A stretch of 64,000 nucleotides of DNA, taken from NCBI RefSeq assembly GCF_963921235.1, contig NC_086097.1, positions 232,874,001 to 232,938,000 on the forward strand, given 5' to 3'. Origin of the DNA: Mobula hypostoma (taxonomy: Eukaryota). Both the position numbers and the translations under genes were made by a program. The stretch's first letter is position 1, and every line of letters begins with the position of its first letter. The notes under the pieces are model-generated. The model was not told the origin of the DNA. It was given only the letters and a program-made list of their open reading frames with translations, and did no database searches. This document shows positions 39,051 to 50,904 of this stretch, piece after piece.

Positions 39051-39139
39051 AAATCACACCACAGACAACGTGGGAGGCATGTCAGAAAAGAGTCCTGGAA
39101 TACACGAGCAACACATGCACAAAATGCTGGATCAAGTCA

Positions 39140-40175
39140 ACATGGACAGACGTGTCAGACATAATAAATAGAACAATCAATGTAACGTAGAAATATACTT
39201 AAATCAGTGTGAGTTAATCAGTCTGATGGCCTGGTGGAAGAAGCTGTCCTGGAGCCTGTTGGTCCTGGCTTTTATGCTGTAGTACTGTTTCCCGGATGGT
39301 AGCAGCTGGAACAGTTTGTGGTTGGGGTGACTCAGGTCCCCAGTGATCTTTCAGGCTATTTTTTCACACCTGTCTTTGTAAAAGTCCTGAATCACGGGAA
39401 GTTCACATCTACAGATGCGCTGGGCTGTCCGCACCACTCTCTGCAGAGCCCTGCGATTGAGGGAAGTACAGTTCCCATACCAGGCAGTGATACAGGCAGT
39501 CAGGATACTCTCAATTGTGCCCCTGTAGAAAGTTCTTAGGATTGGGAGCCCATGCCAAACTCCCTCAACCATCTGAGATGTATGAGGCGCTGTTGTGTCT
39601 TCTTAATTACACAGCTGCCGTGTACAGACCATGTGGGGTCCTCGGTGATGTGGATGCCGAGGAACTTAAAGCTGTTTACTCTCTCAACCCCAGATCCATT
39701 GACATTAACGGGGGTTAGACCATCTCCATTCCTCCTGTAATCCACAACCAGCTCCTTTGTTTTTTGCAGCATTGAGGGAGAGTTTGTTTTCTTGACACCA
39801 CTGTGTCACAGAGATGACTTCTTCCCTATAGGCCACCTCGTTATTGTTTGAGATTAGGCCAATCAATGAAGTGCCATTGGCAAATTTAATTAGCAGATTA
39901 GAACTGTGGGTGGCGACACAGTCACGGGTATACAGAGGGTAAAGGAGGGGACTTAGTACACAGCCCTGAGGGGCTGCTGTGTTGAGAGTCGGGGGTAGAG
40001 GTGAGGGAGCCCACTCTTACTAACTGCTGGCGATCTGACAGGAAGTCCAGGATCCAGTTGCACAAGGCAGAGTCAAGGTCAAGGTCTTTGAGCTTCTTGT
40101 CGAGCCTGGATGGAACTATGGTGTTGAATGCTGAACTGTAGTCCAAGAACAGCATTCTCACATAAGCCACCTTCT
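39140..40175 (-). mobile_element. Rex1/Babar LINE RT fragment
   Basis: YVRMLFLDYSSAFNTIVPSRL, KTKELVVDYRR, FKFLGIHITED.TWS, FYRGTIESILTACITAWYGNC. Confidence 0.85.
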
Positions 40176-40177
40176 TC

Positions 40178-41240
40178 GTCATATAGGGAAAGAATGAATA
40201 GATTAGGACTATTTTCCTGGAGAGTAGCAGAATGAGGGGAGATTTGATAGAAGTAAACAAAATTATGAGGAATATAGATAGGGTCAATGAAAACAGGCTT
40301 TTTCCACTGAGGTTGAGTGGGACTCCAACCAGAGATCATGGGTTAAGGGTGAAAGGTTTATGGGGAACCTGAAGGGGACCTCTTTATTTAGAGGGAAGTG
40401 AGAGTGTGAAATGAGTTGCTAATGGAAGTGGTAAATGTGGGTTTTATATCAACATTTAAGAAAAGTTTGGATAAGTATAAGGACATGAGGAGTATGATGG
40501 CATAGCTGTGGGTCAATGGGACGAGGCAGAATAACATATTGGCATTGACACTCGAAGCTGCTGTGCAGGTTGCCTGTGTGGTTAAGAAGGAATATGGTGT
40601 ATTGGCCTTCATCAACCGTGAGATTGAGTTCAAGAACCAAGAGGTAATGTTACAGCTATATAGGATCCTGGTCAGACCCCACTTGGAGTACTGTGCTCAG
40701 TTCTGGTCAACTCACTACAGGAAGGACGTGGAAAATACAGAAAGGGTGCAGACGAGATTTACAAGGATGTTACCTGGACTGGGGAGCCTGCTTTATGAGA
40801 GTAGGTTGAGTGCATTTGGCCTTTTTTCCTTGGAGTGACAGAGGATGAGAGGTGACCTGATGGAGGTGTATAAGATGATGAGAAGCATTGATCATGTGAA
40901 TAGTCAGAGGCTTTCTCCCAGGGCTGAAATGGCTAACACGAGAGGGCACAGTTTTAGGGTGCTTGGAAGCGGGTACAGAGGAAATGTCAGGGGTAAGTTT
41001 TTTACACAGAGAGTGGTGAGTGCGTGAAATGGGCTGTCGATGATGGTGGTGGAGGTGGATACGATAGTGTCTTTGAAGAAACTTTTCGGTAGGTACATGG
41101 AGCTTAGAAAAATAGATGGCTATGGGTAACACTGGGCAATTTCTAAAGTAAGTACTTGTTCGGCACAGCATTGTGGGCCAAAAGGCCTGTATTGTGCTGT
41201 TTTCTAATTTTCTATGTTCCTATGTTTCTATTTTTCTACT
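40178..41240 (+). mobile_element. Two adjacent CR1 3' fragments (~40178-40545 and ~40546-41240)
   Basis: RMRGDLIEV occurs twice; LVRPHLEYCAQFWS; ttctatg tail. Confidence 0.8.
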
Positions 41241-42031
41241 AGATGGGCTGAAAGGCCTGCTTCCTTGCTGTAGTGCTCCGTGACTCTATTTCTAGTTCTA
41301 CAGAATCTCTTGTGTTTTGGAATACTTTGTAGCGTTTTGTGGCATTTCCATGACATTCCCACATTTGGATTAGCTGTACATCTTCAGCTAGACAGCTGTA
41401 GATATTAAGAGTCAAAATGTTTACACAAGCTGAGAGTTTTGTATCTCCTGCTAAATTCTTCAAATAAATATAAGATTAAACAGGTCTGATCTGTGTATTT
41501 GTATAGACTGAGAATACTTCCTACCAAGAGAATAGATTCAACATCTCAGTTTAAAATCTTCCTGCACATGCAGTCTAACTCCCTTTGTCATACCTACCAA
41601 CAGTATGAATATGAAGAAAGAAGAAAGATTATGATGTAACATATCTGTGCATTATTCTATTTATGATGGAATGGCTTTAAATAATCAGGATAATCGTGCA
41701 GCCAGAGAAATGTCAAAGAATAGGACAAGAAATGCCACCAGCCACCTACATAGGAGTGAATTACTTCCTCTTCAGATTAACTAAGAAACAATATATATAG
41801 CACTAATTTTCTCTCAATCTACATTCATGCATCTAGCTATATGGGTGTTCTTTTGGTTCCAAATCTCTTTCTTTCTTTTTAAATCTTTTTATTAAATAAG
41901 TATACAAAAGGTAAGCCATATAGGCACTAATACACTGTTAGAATATAATAAAATTACAGGAGATATTAAAACAGAAAAGAAATGATACAAACAATGTAAT
42001 TTAAACATAAAATAATAAGGTAACATAATAG

Positions 42032-43716
42032 AAACATAGAAACATAGAAAATAGGTGCAGGAGTAGGCCATTCGGCCCTTCGAGCCTGCACCGCCATTTA
42101 TTATGATCATGGCTGATCATCCAACTCAGAACCCAGCCTTCCCTCCATACCCCCTGACCCCTGTAGCCACAAGGGCCATATCTAACTTCCTTTTAAACAT
42201 AGCTAATGAACTGGCCTCAACAGTTTGCTGTGGCAGAGAATTCCACAGATTCACCACTCTCTGTGTGAAGAAGTTTTTCCTAACCTCGGTCCTAAAAGGC
42301 TTCCCCTCTATCCTCAAACTGTGACCCCTCGTTCTAGACCTCCCCAACATCGGGAACAATCTTCCTGCATCTAGCCTGTCCAATCCCTTTAGGATCTTAT
42401 ACGTTTCAATCAGATCCCCCCTCAATCTTCTAAATTCCAACGAGTACAAGCCCAGTTCATCCAGTCTTTCTTCATATGAAAGACCTGCCATCCCAGGAAT
42501 CAATCTGGTGAACCTTCTTTGTACTCCCTCTATGGCAAAGATGTCTTTCCTCAGATTAGGGGACCAAAACTGCACACAATACTCCAGGTGTGGTCTCACC
42601 AAGGCCTTGTACAACTGCAGTAGTACCTCCCTGCTCCTGTACTCGAATCCTCTCGCTATAAATGCCAGCATACCGTTCGCCTTTTTCACCGCCTGCTGTA
42701 CCTGCATGCCCACTTTCAATGACTGGTGTATAATGACACCCAGGTCTCGTTGCACCTCCCCTTTTCCTAATCGGCCACCATTCAGATAATAATCTGTTTT
42801 CCTATTTTTGCCACCAAAGTGGATAACTTCACATTTATCCACATTAAATTGCATCTGCCATGAGTTTGCCCACTCACCCAACCTATCCAAGTCACCCTGC
42901 ATCCTCTTAGCATCCTCCTCACTGCTAACACTGCCACCCAGCTTCGTGTCATCCGCAAACTTGGAGATGCTGCATTTAATTCCCTCATCCAAGTCATTAA
43001 TATATATTGTAAACAACTGGGGTCCCAGCACTGAGCCTTGCGGTACCCCACTAGTCACCGCCTGCCATTCTGAAAAGGTCCCGTTTATTCCCACTCTTTG
43101 CTTCCTGTCTGCTAACCAATTCTCCACCCACACCAATACCTTACCCCCAATACCGTGTGCTTTAAGTTTGCACACTAATCTCCTATGTGGGACCTTGTCA
43201 AAAGCCTTTTGAAAATCCAAATATACCACATCCACTGGTTCTCCCCTATCCACTCTACTAGTTACATCCTCAAAAAATTCTATGAGATTCGTCAGACATG
43301 ATTTTCCTTTCACAAATCCATGCTGACTTTGTCCGATCATTTCACCGCTTTCCAAATGTGCTGTTATCACATCCTTGATAACTGACTCCAGCAGTTTCCC
43401 CACCACCGACGTTAGGCTAACTGGCCTATAATTCCCCGGTTTCTCTCTCCCTCCTTTTTTAAAAAGTGGGGTTACATTAGCCACCCTCCAATCCTCAGGA
43501 ACTAGTCCAGAATCTAACGAGTTTTGAAAAATTATCACTAATGCATCCACTATTTCTTGGGCCACTTCCTTAAGCACTCTGGGATGCAGACCATCTGGCC
43601 CTGGGGATTTATCTGCCTTCAATCCCTTCAATTTACCTAACACCACTTCCCTACTAACATGTATTTCGCTCAGTTCCTCCATCTCACTGGACCCTCTGTC
43701 CCTTACTATTTCTGTA
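42032..43716 (-). mobile_element. Young 5'-truncated CR1 inserted in the L1 3' UTR
   Basis: 7-bp TSD ataatag (42025-42031, 43717-43723); (ttctatgt)n tail; empty site visible in the L1 copy near 13160. Confidence 0.93.
42126..43682 (-). CDS. CR1 ORF2 reverse transcriptase and C-terminal domain (518-aa open frame, no endonuclease)
   Basis: PGPDG, YRPVSLTS, QHGF, LDFQKAFD, GVPQGSVLGP, FADD; the Met is internal to a truncated ORF2. Confidence 0.9.
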   Translation of the reverse strand: MEELSEIHVSREVVLGKLKGLKADKSPGPDGLHPRVLKEVAQEIVDALVIIFQNSLDSGLVPEDWRVANVTPLFKKGGREKPGNYRPVSLTSVVGKLLESVIKDVITAHLESGEMIGQSQHGFVKGKSCLTNLIEFFEDVTSRVDRGEPVDVVYLDFQKAFDKVPHRRLVCKLKAHGIGGKVLVWVENWLADRKQRVGINGTFSEWQAVTSGVPQGSVLGPQLFTIYINDLDEGIKCSISKFADDTKLGGSVSSEEDAKRMQGDLDRLGEWANSWQMQFNVDKCEVIHFGGKNRKTDYYLNGGRLGKGEVQRDLGVIIHQSLKVGMQVQQAVKKANGMLAFIARGFEYRSREVLLQLYKALVRPHLEYCVQFWSPNLRKDIFAIEGVQRRFTRLIPGMAGLSYEERLDELGLYSLEFRRLRGDLIETYKILKGLDRLDAGRLFPMLGRSRTRGHSLRIEGKPFRTEVRKNFFTQRVVNLWNSLPQQTVEASSLAMFKRKLDMALVATGVRGYGGKAGF

Positions 43717-43966
43717 ATAATAGTATACTAATTTTTATATATTAATAGAATATTATCAATAGAAAAAGGAAACCCCCCCCAAAAAAAAACCCCAAAAAAA
43801 CCCACCGTGCAACTAAACTAAAAGCAAGGCAAAGCAATGGGCTAACTTGGAAACAAGTAGAGTTAAAAGACTTAAAATCATGTCCTCAAACCCGACCTCC
43901 ATTAAAAACAGTAGAAAAAAACAAGAAGGGAATATAAATATGGAGCAAAAAGGGGAAGAAAAAAAA

Positions 43967-46900
43967 CTACATTAAATGAAAATATTGAATAAAAGATCTC
44001 CAGGTCTGTTCAAATTTAAGTGAGGAATCATAAAAATTGCTTCTAATTTTCTCCGAATTCAAGCATAATATCGTCTGAGAAAACCAAAAAAAGGTGGTTG
44101 GAGCATTAAGCTCTTTCCAATGTTATAAGGTACATCTTTTCGCCATTAAAGTAAGAAATGCAATCATTCTACGGGCTGAAGGAAAAAGATTACTGGAAGT
44201 TTTAGGTAACCCAAAGATAACAGTAATAGGGTGAGGAGAGATAGCTATATTCAATACCTTTGAGATAATATTAAAAATGTCTCTCCAAAAAGTTTCCAGA
44301 GTAGGACAAGACCAAAACATATGAATGAGAGACGCTATCTGCCCTGGACAGCTATCACAAAAAGGATTAATATGAGAATAAAAACGAGCTAATTCATCTA
44401 TTGACATATGTGCTCTATGAACAATTTTAAATTGAATTAGGGAATGTTTAACACAGATAGAGGAAGTATTGACTAATTGTAAAATCTGCCCCCAGTCATC
44501 CACGGAAATGATAGAGCCCAATTCCTGTTCCCAATCTACCCTAATCTTATCAAATGGAGCTTTCCTAAGTTTCATAATAATATTATAAATCATAGCCGAT
44601 GCACCTTTCTGACATGGATTAAGGTTAATTATAGTATCCAAAATATATGTAGGAGGAAGCATTGGAAAGGAAGAAAGTATAGTACTTAGGAAATTCCTAA
44701 CTTGTAGATATCTAAAAAAATGTATTCTTGATAAATTATATTTATTAGATAATTGTTCAAAAGACATAAGGGAACCACCTAAAAATAAATCCAAAAACTG
44801 TGAAATACCCTTAGTCTTCCAAATTTGAAACGCACGATCCGTGAAAGAGGGAGGAAAAAATATGTTACCTAAAATAGGAATCGCTAGCCCAAATTGGTTA
44901 AGATCAAAAAATTTTCTGAATTGAAACCAAATACGTAAGGTATATTTAACTATCGGGTTAGACACCTATTTGAGGCATTTCAAATCAAAAGGAAGAGAGG
45001 AACCTAAAATAGAGCCAAGTGTATAGCCCTGAGCAGATTGTAATTCCAATACTACCCATTTAGGAATGGATAGTATATCCTGGTCAAGTAACCAAAATTT
45101 CATATGTCGAATATTAATTGCCCAATAATAGAATCTAAAGTTAGGTAATGCTAAACCTCCATCTCTCGTAGCTTTCTGTAAATGTATCTTACCCAATCTC
45201 GGGTTTTTATTTTGCCAAATAAATGAAGAAATTTTTGAGTCAACTTTATCATAAAAAGATTTTGGAACAAAAATTGGTAATGCCTGAAATATATATAAAA
45301 ATTTTGGCAAAAAAAACATCTTAACTGCATTAATACGACCAATCAAAGTTAAATATAATGGAAACCATTTAGATGAAAGTTGAGTAATATAGTCAATTAA
45401 GGGTAAAAAATTAATCTTAAATAAATCTTTGTGTTTACAAGTAACTTTAATCCCAAGATATGAAAAATAATTATTAATCAATTTAAACGGAAAGTTGTGA
45501 TATAAGGGAAGTTGTTTATTAATCGGGAAAAGTTCACTCTTACTAAGATTTAATTTATAACCTGAAAAAAGACTAAATTGTGCTAATAAATCTAAAACAG
45601 CAGGGATGGATTTTTGAGGATTAGAAATATATAAAAGTAAGTCATCAGCATAGAGTGATATTTTATGGGACTTTAAGCCCCGAGTTATCCCAGTAATATT
45701 TGGAGATTCTCGAATGGCAATTGCAAGAGGTTCTAATGCAATATCAAATAATAAAGGACTAAGAGGACAGCCTTGTCGAGTACCTCGAAAAAGAGGGAAG
45801 AAAGGAGAGCTTAAAGAATTAGTACGGACCGAGGCTACAGGAGAATGATATAACAGCTTGATATAAATTTCGAGCTAAAATTAAACATTTCAAGCACCTT
45901 AAATAAGTAAGGCCATTCTACTCTATCAAAAGCTTTCTCAGCATCTAAAGAGATAACACATTCAGGAACATTTTGTGAGGGGGTATAAACAATATTTAAC
46001 AGTGTACGTATGTTATAGAAAGAGTAACGACCTTTAATAAAACCCGTTTGGTCTTCCGAATAATAAAAGGAAGTACTTTTTCTAATCTGTTTGCTAATAA
46101 TTTAGAAAAAATTTTAGAATCAACATTTAATAAAGATATTGGTCTATAAGATGCACATTTAGAAAAAATTTTAGAATCAACATTTAATAAAGATATTGGT
46201 CTATAAGATGCACATTGAGCAGGATCTTTATCCTTCTTTAATATTAGAGAGATTGACGCTCTATTGAAAGATTCGGGAAGTTTACCCAGTTTTAAAGAAG
46301 CCTCAAAAACCCTACAGAACCACGGGATTAATGAAGATGCAAAACATTTATAAAATTCTGCGGTAAACCCATCAAGGCCAGGAGCTTTCCCCAGGTTCAT
46401 AGAGGAAATAACATTCTTAATCTCATCATTGGTAATGGGAGTATCTAGCATAGAAGACATATCCTGTGAAATCTCAAGGAGTTCTAGGTTATCTAAAAAA
46501 ATCATTCATATATTTAGAATCTCGAGAGGACTCTGATTGATATAAGGAAGAATAAAAATCAAAAAAGGTTTGATTAATCTCCGCATGATCAAGTATCAGT
46601 CGATCATTTTGATTATAAATCTGATTAATTTGAGACTTAGTATAATTAGATTTCAATTGGTTAGCCAACAGTTTGCCAATTTTATCACTGTGTACATAAA
46701 ATTCACTTCTTGTTTTCTTTAATTGATTTACAATCGAAGACAAAAGTAATAAACTGTGTTCCATTTGAAGTTCAGTTCTTTGTTTATATAACTCCTCAGA
46801 GGGAGCTATAACATATTTCTTATCAATTTCCTTAATCTTGTCCACAATTACCAACTCCTCCTGCTTCAGCTTCTTCCTCAAAGCAGCAGAATACGAGATA

Positions 46901-47790
46901 ATCTGACCACGAATATAAGCTTTAAAAGTATCCCAAAGAATGTTCACAGAAATATCCTCTGTATAGTTGATTGTAAAAAAATCAATCTGTTCATTCATAA
47001 AGTTAACAAAGTCCGAGTCCTGAAGCAACAGCGAATTAAAACGCCATTGTCTATTATTTTGTGTATTGGCCTGAATTTTAATAGAAAGCTTAAGTGGAGC
47101 ATGATCCAAAGTGGTTATAGAGTCATAATCACATTTAATCACAGAAGAAATAAGACGAGAGTCAATAAAGACATAATCAATTCTTGAATAGGAATGGTGA
47201 ACATGTGAAAAAAAAGAAAAATCTTTTTCCTGAGGATGCAAAAAACGCCAAATGTCCGTCGACCCAGAATCAGAGAGGAATGAATTAATCAAAGTTGCAA
47301 ATTTATTAGGTAAGGACCGTAGAGGAGCTGAACGGTCCAAAGCTGGAGATAAACAGGTATTAAAATCTCCGCCCCAGATCAATGAAAACTCATTCAAATT
47401 CGGGAACTGATTGAATAATGATTTATAAGATTCCGGACAATCCATATTGGGAGCATAAACATTAACCAAAACTACCTTTTTATTAAATAGTAAACCACTA
47501 ACCGGTAGAAATCTATCATTGGGATCAGAGATAATATCATGTTGTATAAAAGTAACTGAGGAGTCTATAAAAATAGAAACGCCTCGAATCTTAGCGTTGG
47601 AGTTCGAATGAAACTGTTGTTCCTTCCAGAATTTAAAAAAACGTAGTCTGTCCCCCCTCCGCACATGGGTCTCTTGTAAAAATAAAATTTGTGTTTTAAG
47701 TCTCCGGAACACTTTAAAAACTTTTTTCCTTTTAATAGGATGGTTAAGACCATTAGTATTCCAGGAGACAAAATTAATAATAGACTCCAT
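43967..47790 (-). pseudogene. L1 ORF2 (APE endonuclease, RT, CCHC) with frameshifts and stops
   Basis: SWNTNGLN, LQETH, GGDFN, SRIDY, DHAP; GKAPGLDGF, YRPISLLNVDSKI, DAEKAFD, GTRQGCPLSPLLF, YADD; C..C..HMFWSC. Confidence 0.92.
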
Positions 47791-48497
47791 AAACCCTAAA
47801 GTCAACCCGCAAAAAGGATGATTGATGATAGGCTCGACCCACGAACCCGGAAAAGGAACAGAACAAATAAGAGATACTGGGAGGGAGAATGCAACCAATA
47901 CTACAATAGTGTAAATAGACCAAGAAGAAAAAAACTGAAACCTGAAGCCCCTCCCACCACCCCCCACTCCATGACCCCAAGGCTAGATCTAAAACAGACC
48001 AGCCTGAAAGAAGCAAGCACTAAAACTACCCCCATGACTTCCGATAGACGCTCACTAAAAAAAAGTGTAAATATAAAAAAGATCAGCAAATTATAAAACA
48101 GTAAAAGAATAAAAAAGTAAATCAATTAAAACAAACACTTAATATAATAGAGAAAGAGCCAGAAAATACAAAAAAAACCGCAACAAACCCCAGACCCTAT
48201 GAATAAACAAAAAAAAGAAATGAAATTATTAACATAAACTAGTTATAAAAACCTACAAAAAAAGTAAATTTAAAAACTACAAAATTTAAGGCCTCAAAGG
48301 AAATACGTAGAATGACGCTGAGGACATAACCACCCAGAATCCCCTGGGAAAAAGAAAGGAATGACGCAGATAGAAAGAAAGTTTAGCAACCATATTAATG
48401 AATCAAAAATAAACTTTTCTGCCCATATAAGGCAAAAAAAAATTAAGGCCAACAAATTCACAACCTCCGATCAAACGGAGATAGTTAAAAATTATGA

Positions 48498-49342
48498 TTA
48501 AGATGTTGAAGGTGAAAATTGATCCAGATAACTCTGGGCATCCGATGGAGATTCAAAAAAACGGAGGGCTCCATCCAACGTACGGATCCTTAGACGTGCT
48601 GGGTAAAGCAGCGCTGGTTTTAAATCCATCTTGTAGATTTCCGACATCACAGATCTGTAACGAACCCGTTGATCCCGAATTGGTTTGCTGAAATCCTCCA
48701 CGAATCGGAAACTAAGATCAGAAAAATCAATGTAACCTTTAGATCGAACGAATTTAAACAGTTTCTCCTTGTCTTGAAAGTAATGAAAACGTAAGATGAC
48801 ATGTCGAGGTTTATCTGACCTAGACGAGTATGATGGAACTCTGTGAACACGATCCAGTAACGGTGGTTGGTCAGGAAATACAGTAGGAAATGGATCTTTT
48901 AAAAGTAGAGAAAAAAACTTCATAGGGTTGTCAGATTCCACAGCTTCACGCACACCAATCATTCGAAGATTCTGCCGTCGCATTCTGGATTCTAAGTCAG
49001 AGTTTTTAAAGGTCAGAAAGTCAAGTTTTTCTTCATTATAGTAATTGTTTCTTCAATTTTCCCCATCTTGAGTTCATTTTGTTGCATGGATTTTTGAAGA
49101 TTAAATATAGCCGACTCATGTTCCGTAATAGATAATTGCATTTTATCGATTGAATCGGCAATTTTCTGGAAATTAGTTGAAGTTTCCGAACGAATTGGTT
49201 CCGTAATAGAGGTTGAGATTTCCCTTTGAATTAGATCCGATATAGCTTTCAAAGTCACCGGTGGTTCAGTCGGAGGAAGGTCGGTACCTTTCGGTCTAAC
49301 CGGAGGTTTGCCGTCTTTCCCATTTTTTCCATTCTTAGACAT
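48498..49342 (-). pseudogene. L1 ORF1 (coiled coil, RRM, CTD), frameshift near 49020
   Basis: Heptad-rich N-terminal half; RRQNLRMIGVRE, LDRVHRV, PRHVILRF, EDFS, LLYPARLRI motifs. Confidence 0.88.
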
Positions 49343-50319
49343 AGCAGACCTTAAAAACATCCGATTATCGAAGAGCCCAGTTTGTTTCAAAGTATTGTAA
49401 AAGTCGATGCCTTAATGGTTAGTTAAAATATAGCTGATCATAAGAAAAAAAACTCAGAGGTAATGGAACGAGTCAAGAACACGCTCCAAATCTCCAATAC
49501 TGTTTTCTTTCATCTCTAACCCAGCTATAAAATAGGCAACAGTGGTTTTCCTCCCTTATCCTCCAACCAGGGACAGATCTTGACCCATACACTTCAGCAC
49601 TATCTGGAGGCCTTGCTGCCCTGTGACTCTGCCATCCCTCAGCCGGACAACAGATTCCCTTTACACTCTCCTCGCTGGAATAACAGGTGAAAGGATGCAA
49701 TAACAGCTTGGGCACTGATGAACGTCTGAACAGTAGGTCCTCGACCAAACCTGTTAATTATTGTTGCAGCTTCTTCACTCAGAGGGTGGTACTGGCTGCC
49801 AGCGGGGAGCAGATATGGGATCAATTATAACATTTAAGAAAAGTTTAAAAAAGGTACATGGATGGAGGGGTTGGCATTGTGGGGACATGGTAGGGGGGCA
49901 GGTAGATGGGACTAGACAAAAAATGAGTTTGGCCTGGCCAAATGGCCTGTTTCTGTGAGGTAGTAATGGATCATAGAAAATCTATGATGGATCACTCTAT
50001 ATTTCTGTGTGGACTGTTCAATATGCCTCTGGAAATGTTCAGGGCGTTTTTTGACAAGTATCTGTAGCTCAATAGAGTTACTGCACTCACTGCTGATTAA
50101 TTGTATCTAATCAGCACTATAACTGCTTGCAATGGCTTGTCTACCATACTTGCATTTGGAAACAGGTCTCCACCAGGGTCCTTGACTGTTCTTCACCCAG
50201 GTGAATTTCTGGAATTCTTTATTCAAGAGGTCTGTGGAGCCTCACCCACAGAGGACACTGCACACATCAATAGAAATTAAAGTAATCAAGCAACCAACTA
50301 AAGCAATCAAAGCTTTTAA

Positions 50320-50575
50320 TGATTAAACATTAGCTTCATTTGTCACATGGAATTGAAACATACAGTGAAATGCATCGTTTGAGTGAATGACCAACACAGT
50401 CTGAGGATTGTGCTGGGGGCAGCCCGCAATTATCGTCACATTCCAGCTCCAACATCACATGCCCACAACTCATTAACCCTAACCTGTATGTCTTTGGGAT
50501 GTGGGAGCAAACCAGAGCCTTTCGAGGAAACCTACACGGTCACAGGGAAAACGTTCAAACTCCTTATAGACAGCT
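50320..50575 (-). mobile_element. SINE with V-domain-like 5' part
   Basis: Collinear with 57150-57460; shared tgctgggggcagcccgcaa block also at ~22250 (opposite strand), ~29700 and ~37670. Confidence 0.6.
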
Positions 50576-50904
50576 CTTGTGTAGTGTATTGAATATTTCA
50601 GGAATATTTTGAGTTATATTGTAAATATATTGTTTGATTAAGTATTCTTTGTTTAAGTAATTAATTATGGGTTATATGTAAAAGTATGTAAATAGAATAT
50701 GTCATTATGCCACCACATCACACGTGAGAGCCTCATTGAAAAAGAAGAAAAGAAAAACTTAATTAGACAATTATTCCAGTTCGTGTGTTGCAGGAACTCC
50801 TTAATTTCATTAGGCAGAATTCATCCAGACTGTTAAGAGTTAAGTTTGCTGTGTGTATTATGTGGTACGTCACGCATTATTAGGTTTTGGTGGCATTGCG
50901 TATG

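Larger units (their letters stand above)
41868..49484 (-). mobile_element. Full-length (or nearly) L1-clade LINE, disabled; ~5.9 kb excluding the CR1 insert
   Basis: 10-bp TSD tccaaatctc (41858-41867, 49485-49494); ORF1, ORF2, AATAAA plus (aaag)n tail. Confidence 0.92.

Noticed and set aside
42508..43212. Plus-strand ORFs of 93 and 134 aa
   Set aside because: Antisense shadows of the CR1 RT frame
42126..43682. Novel stand-alone RT system (retron-like or domesticated)
   Set aside because: CR1 tail, TSD and 5' truncation explain it as an ordinary LINE insertion
50578..50792. TG...CA bounded AT-rich block as an LTR
   Set aside because: No TSD, no second copy and only dinucleotide termini
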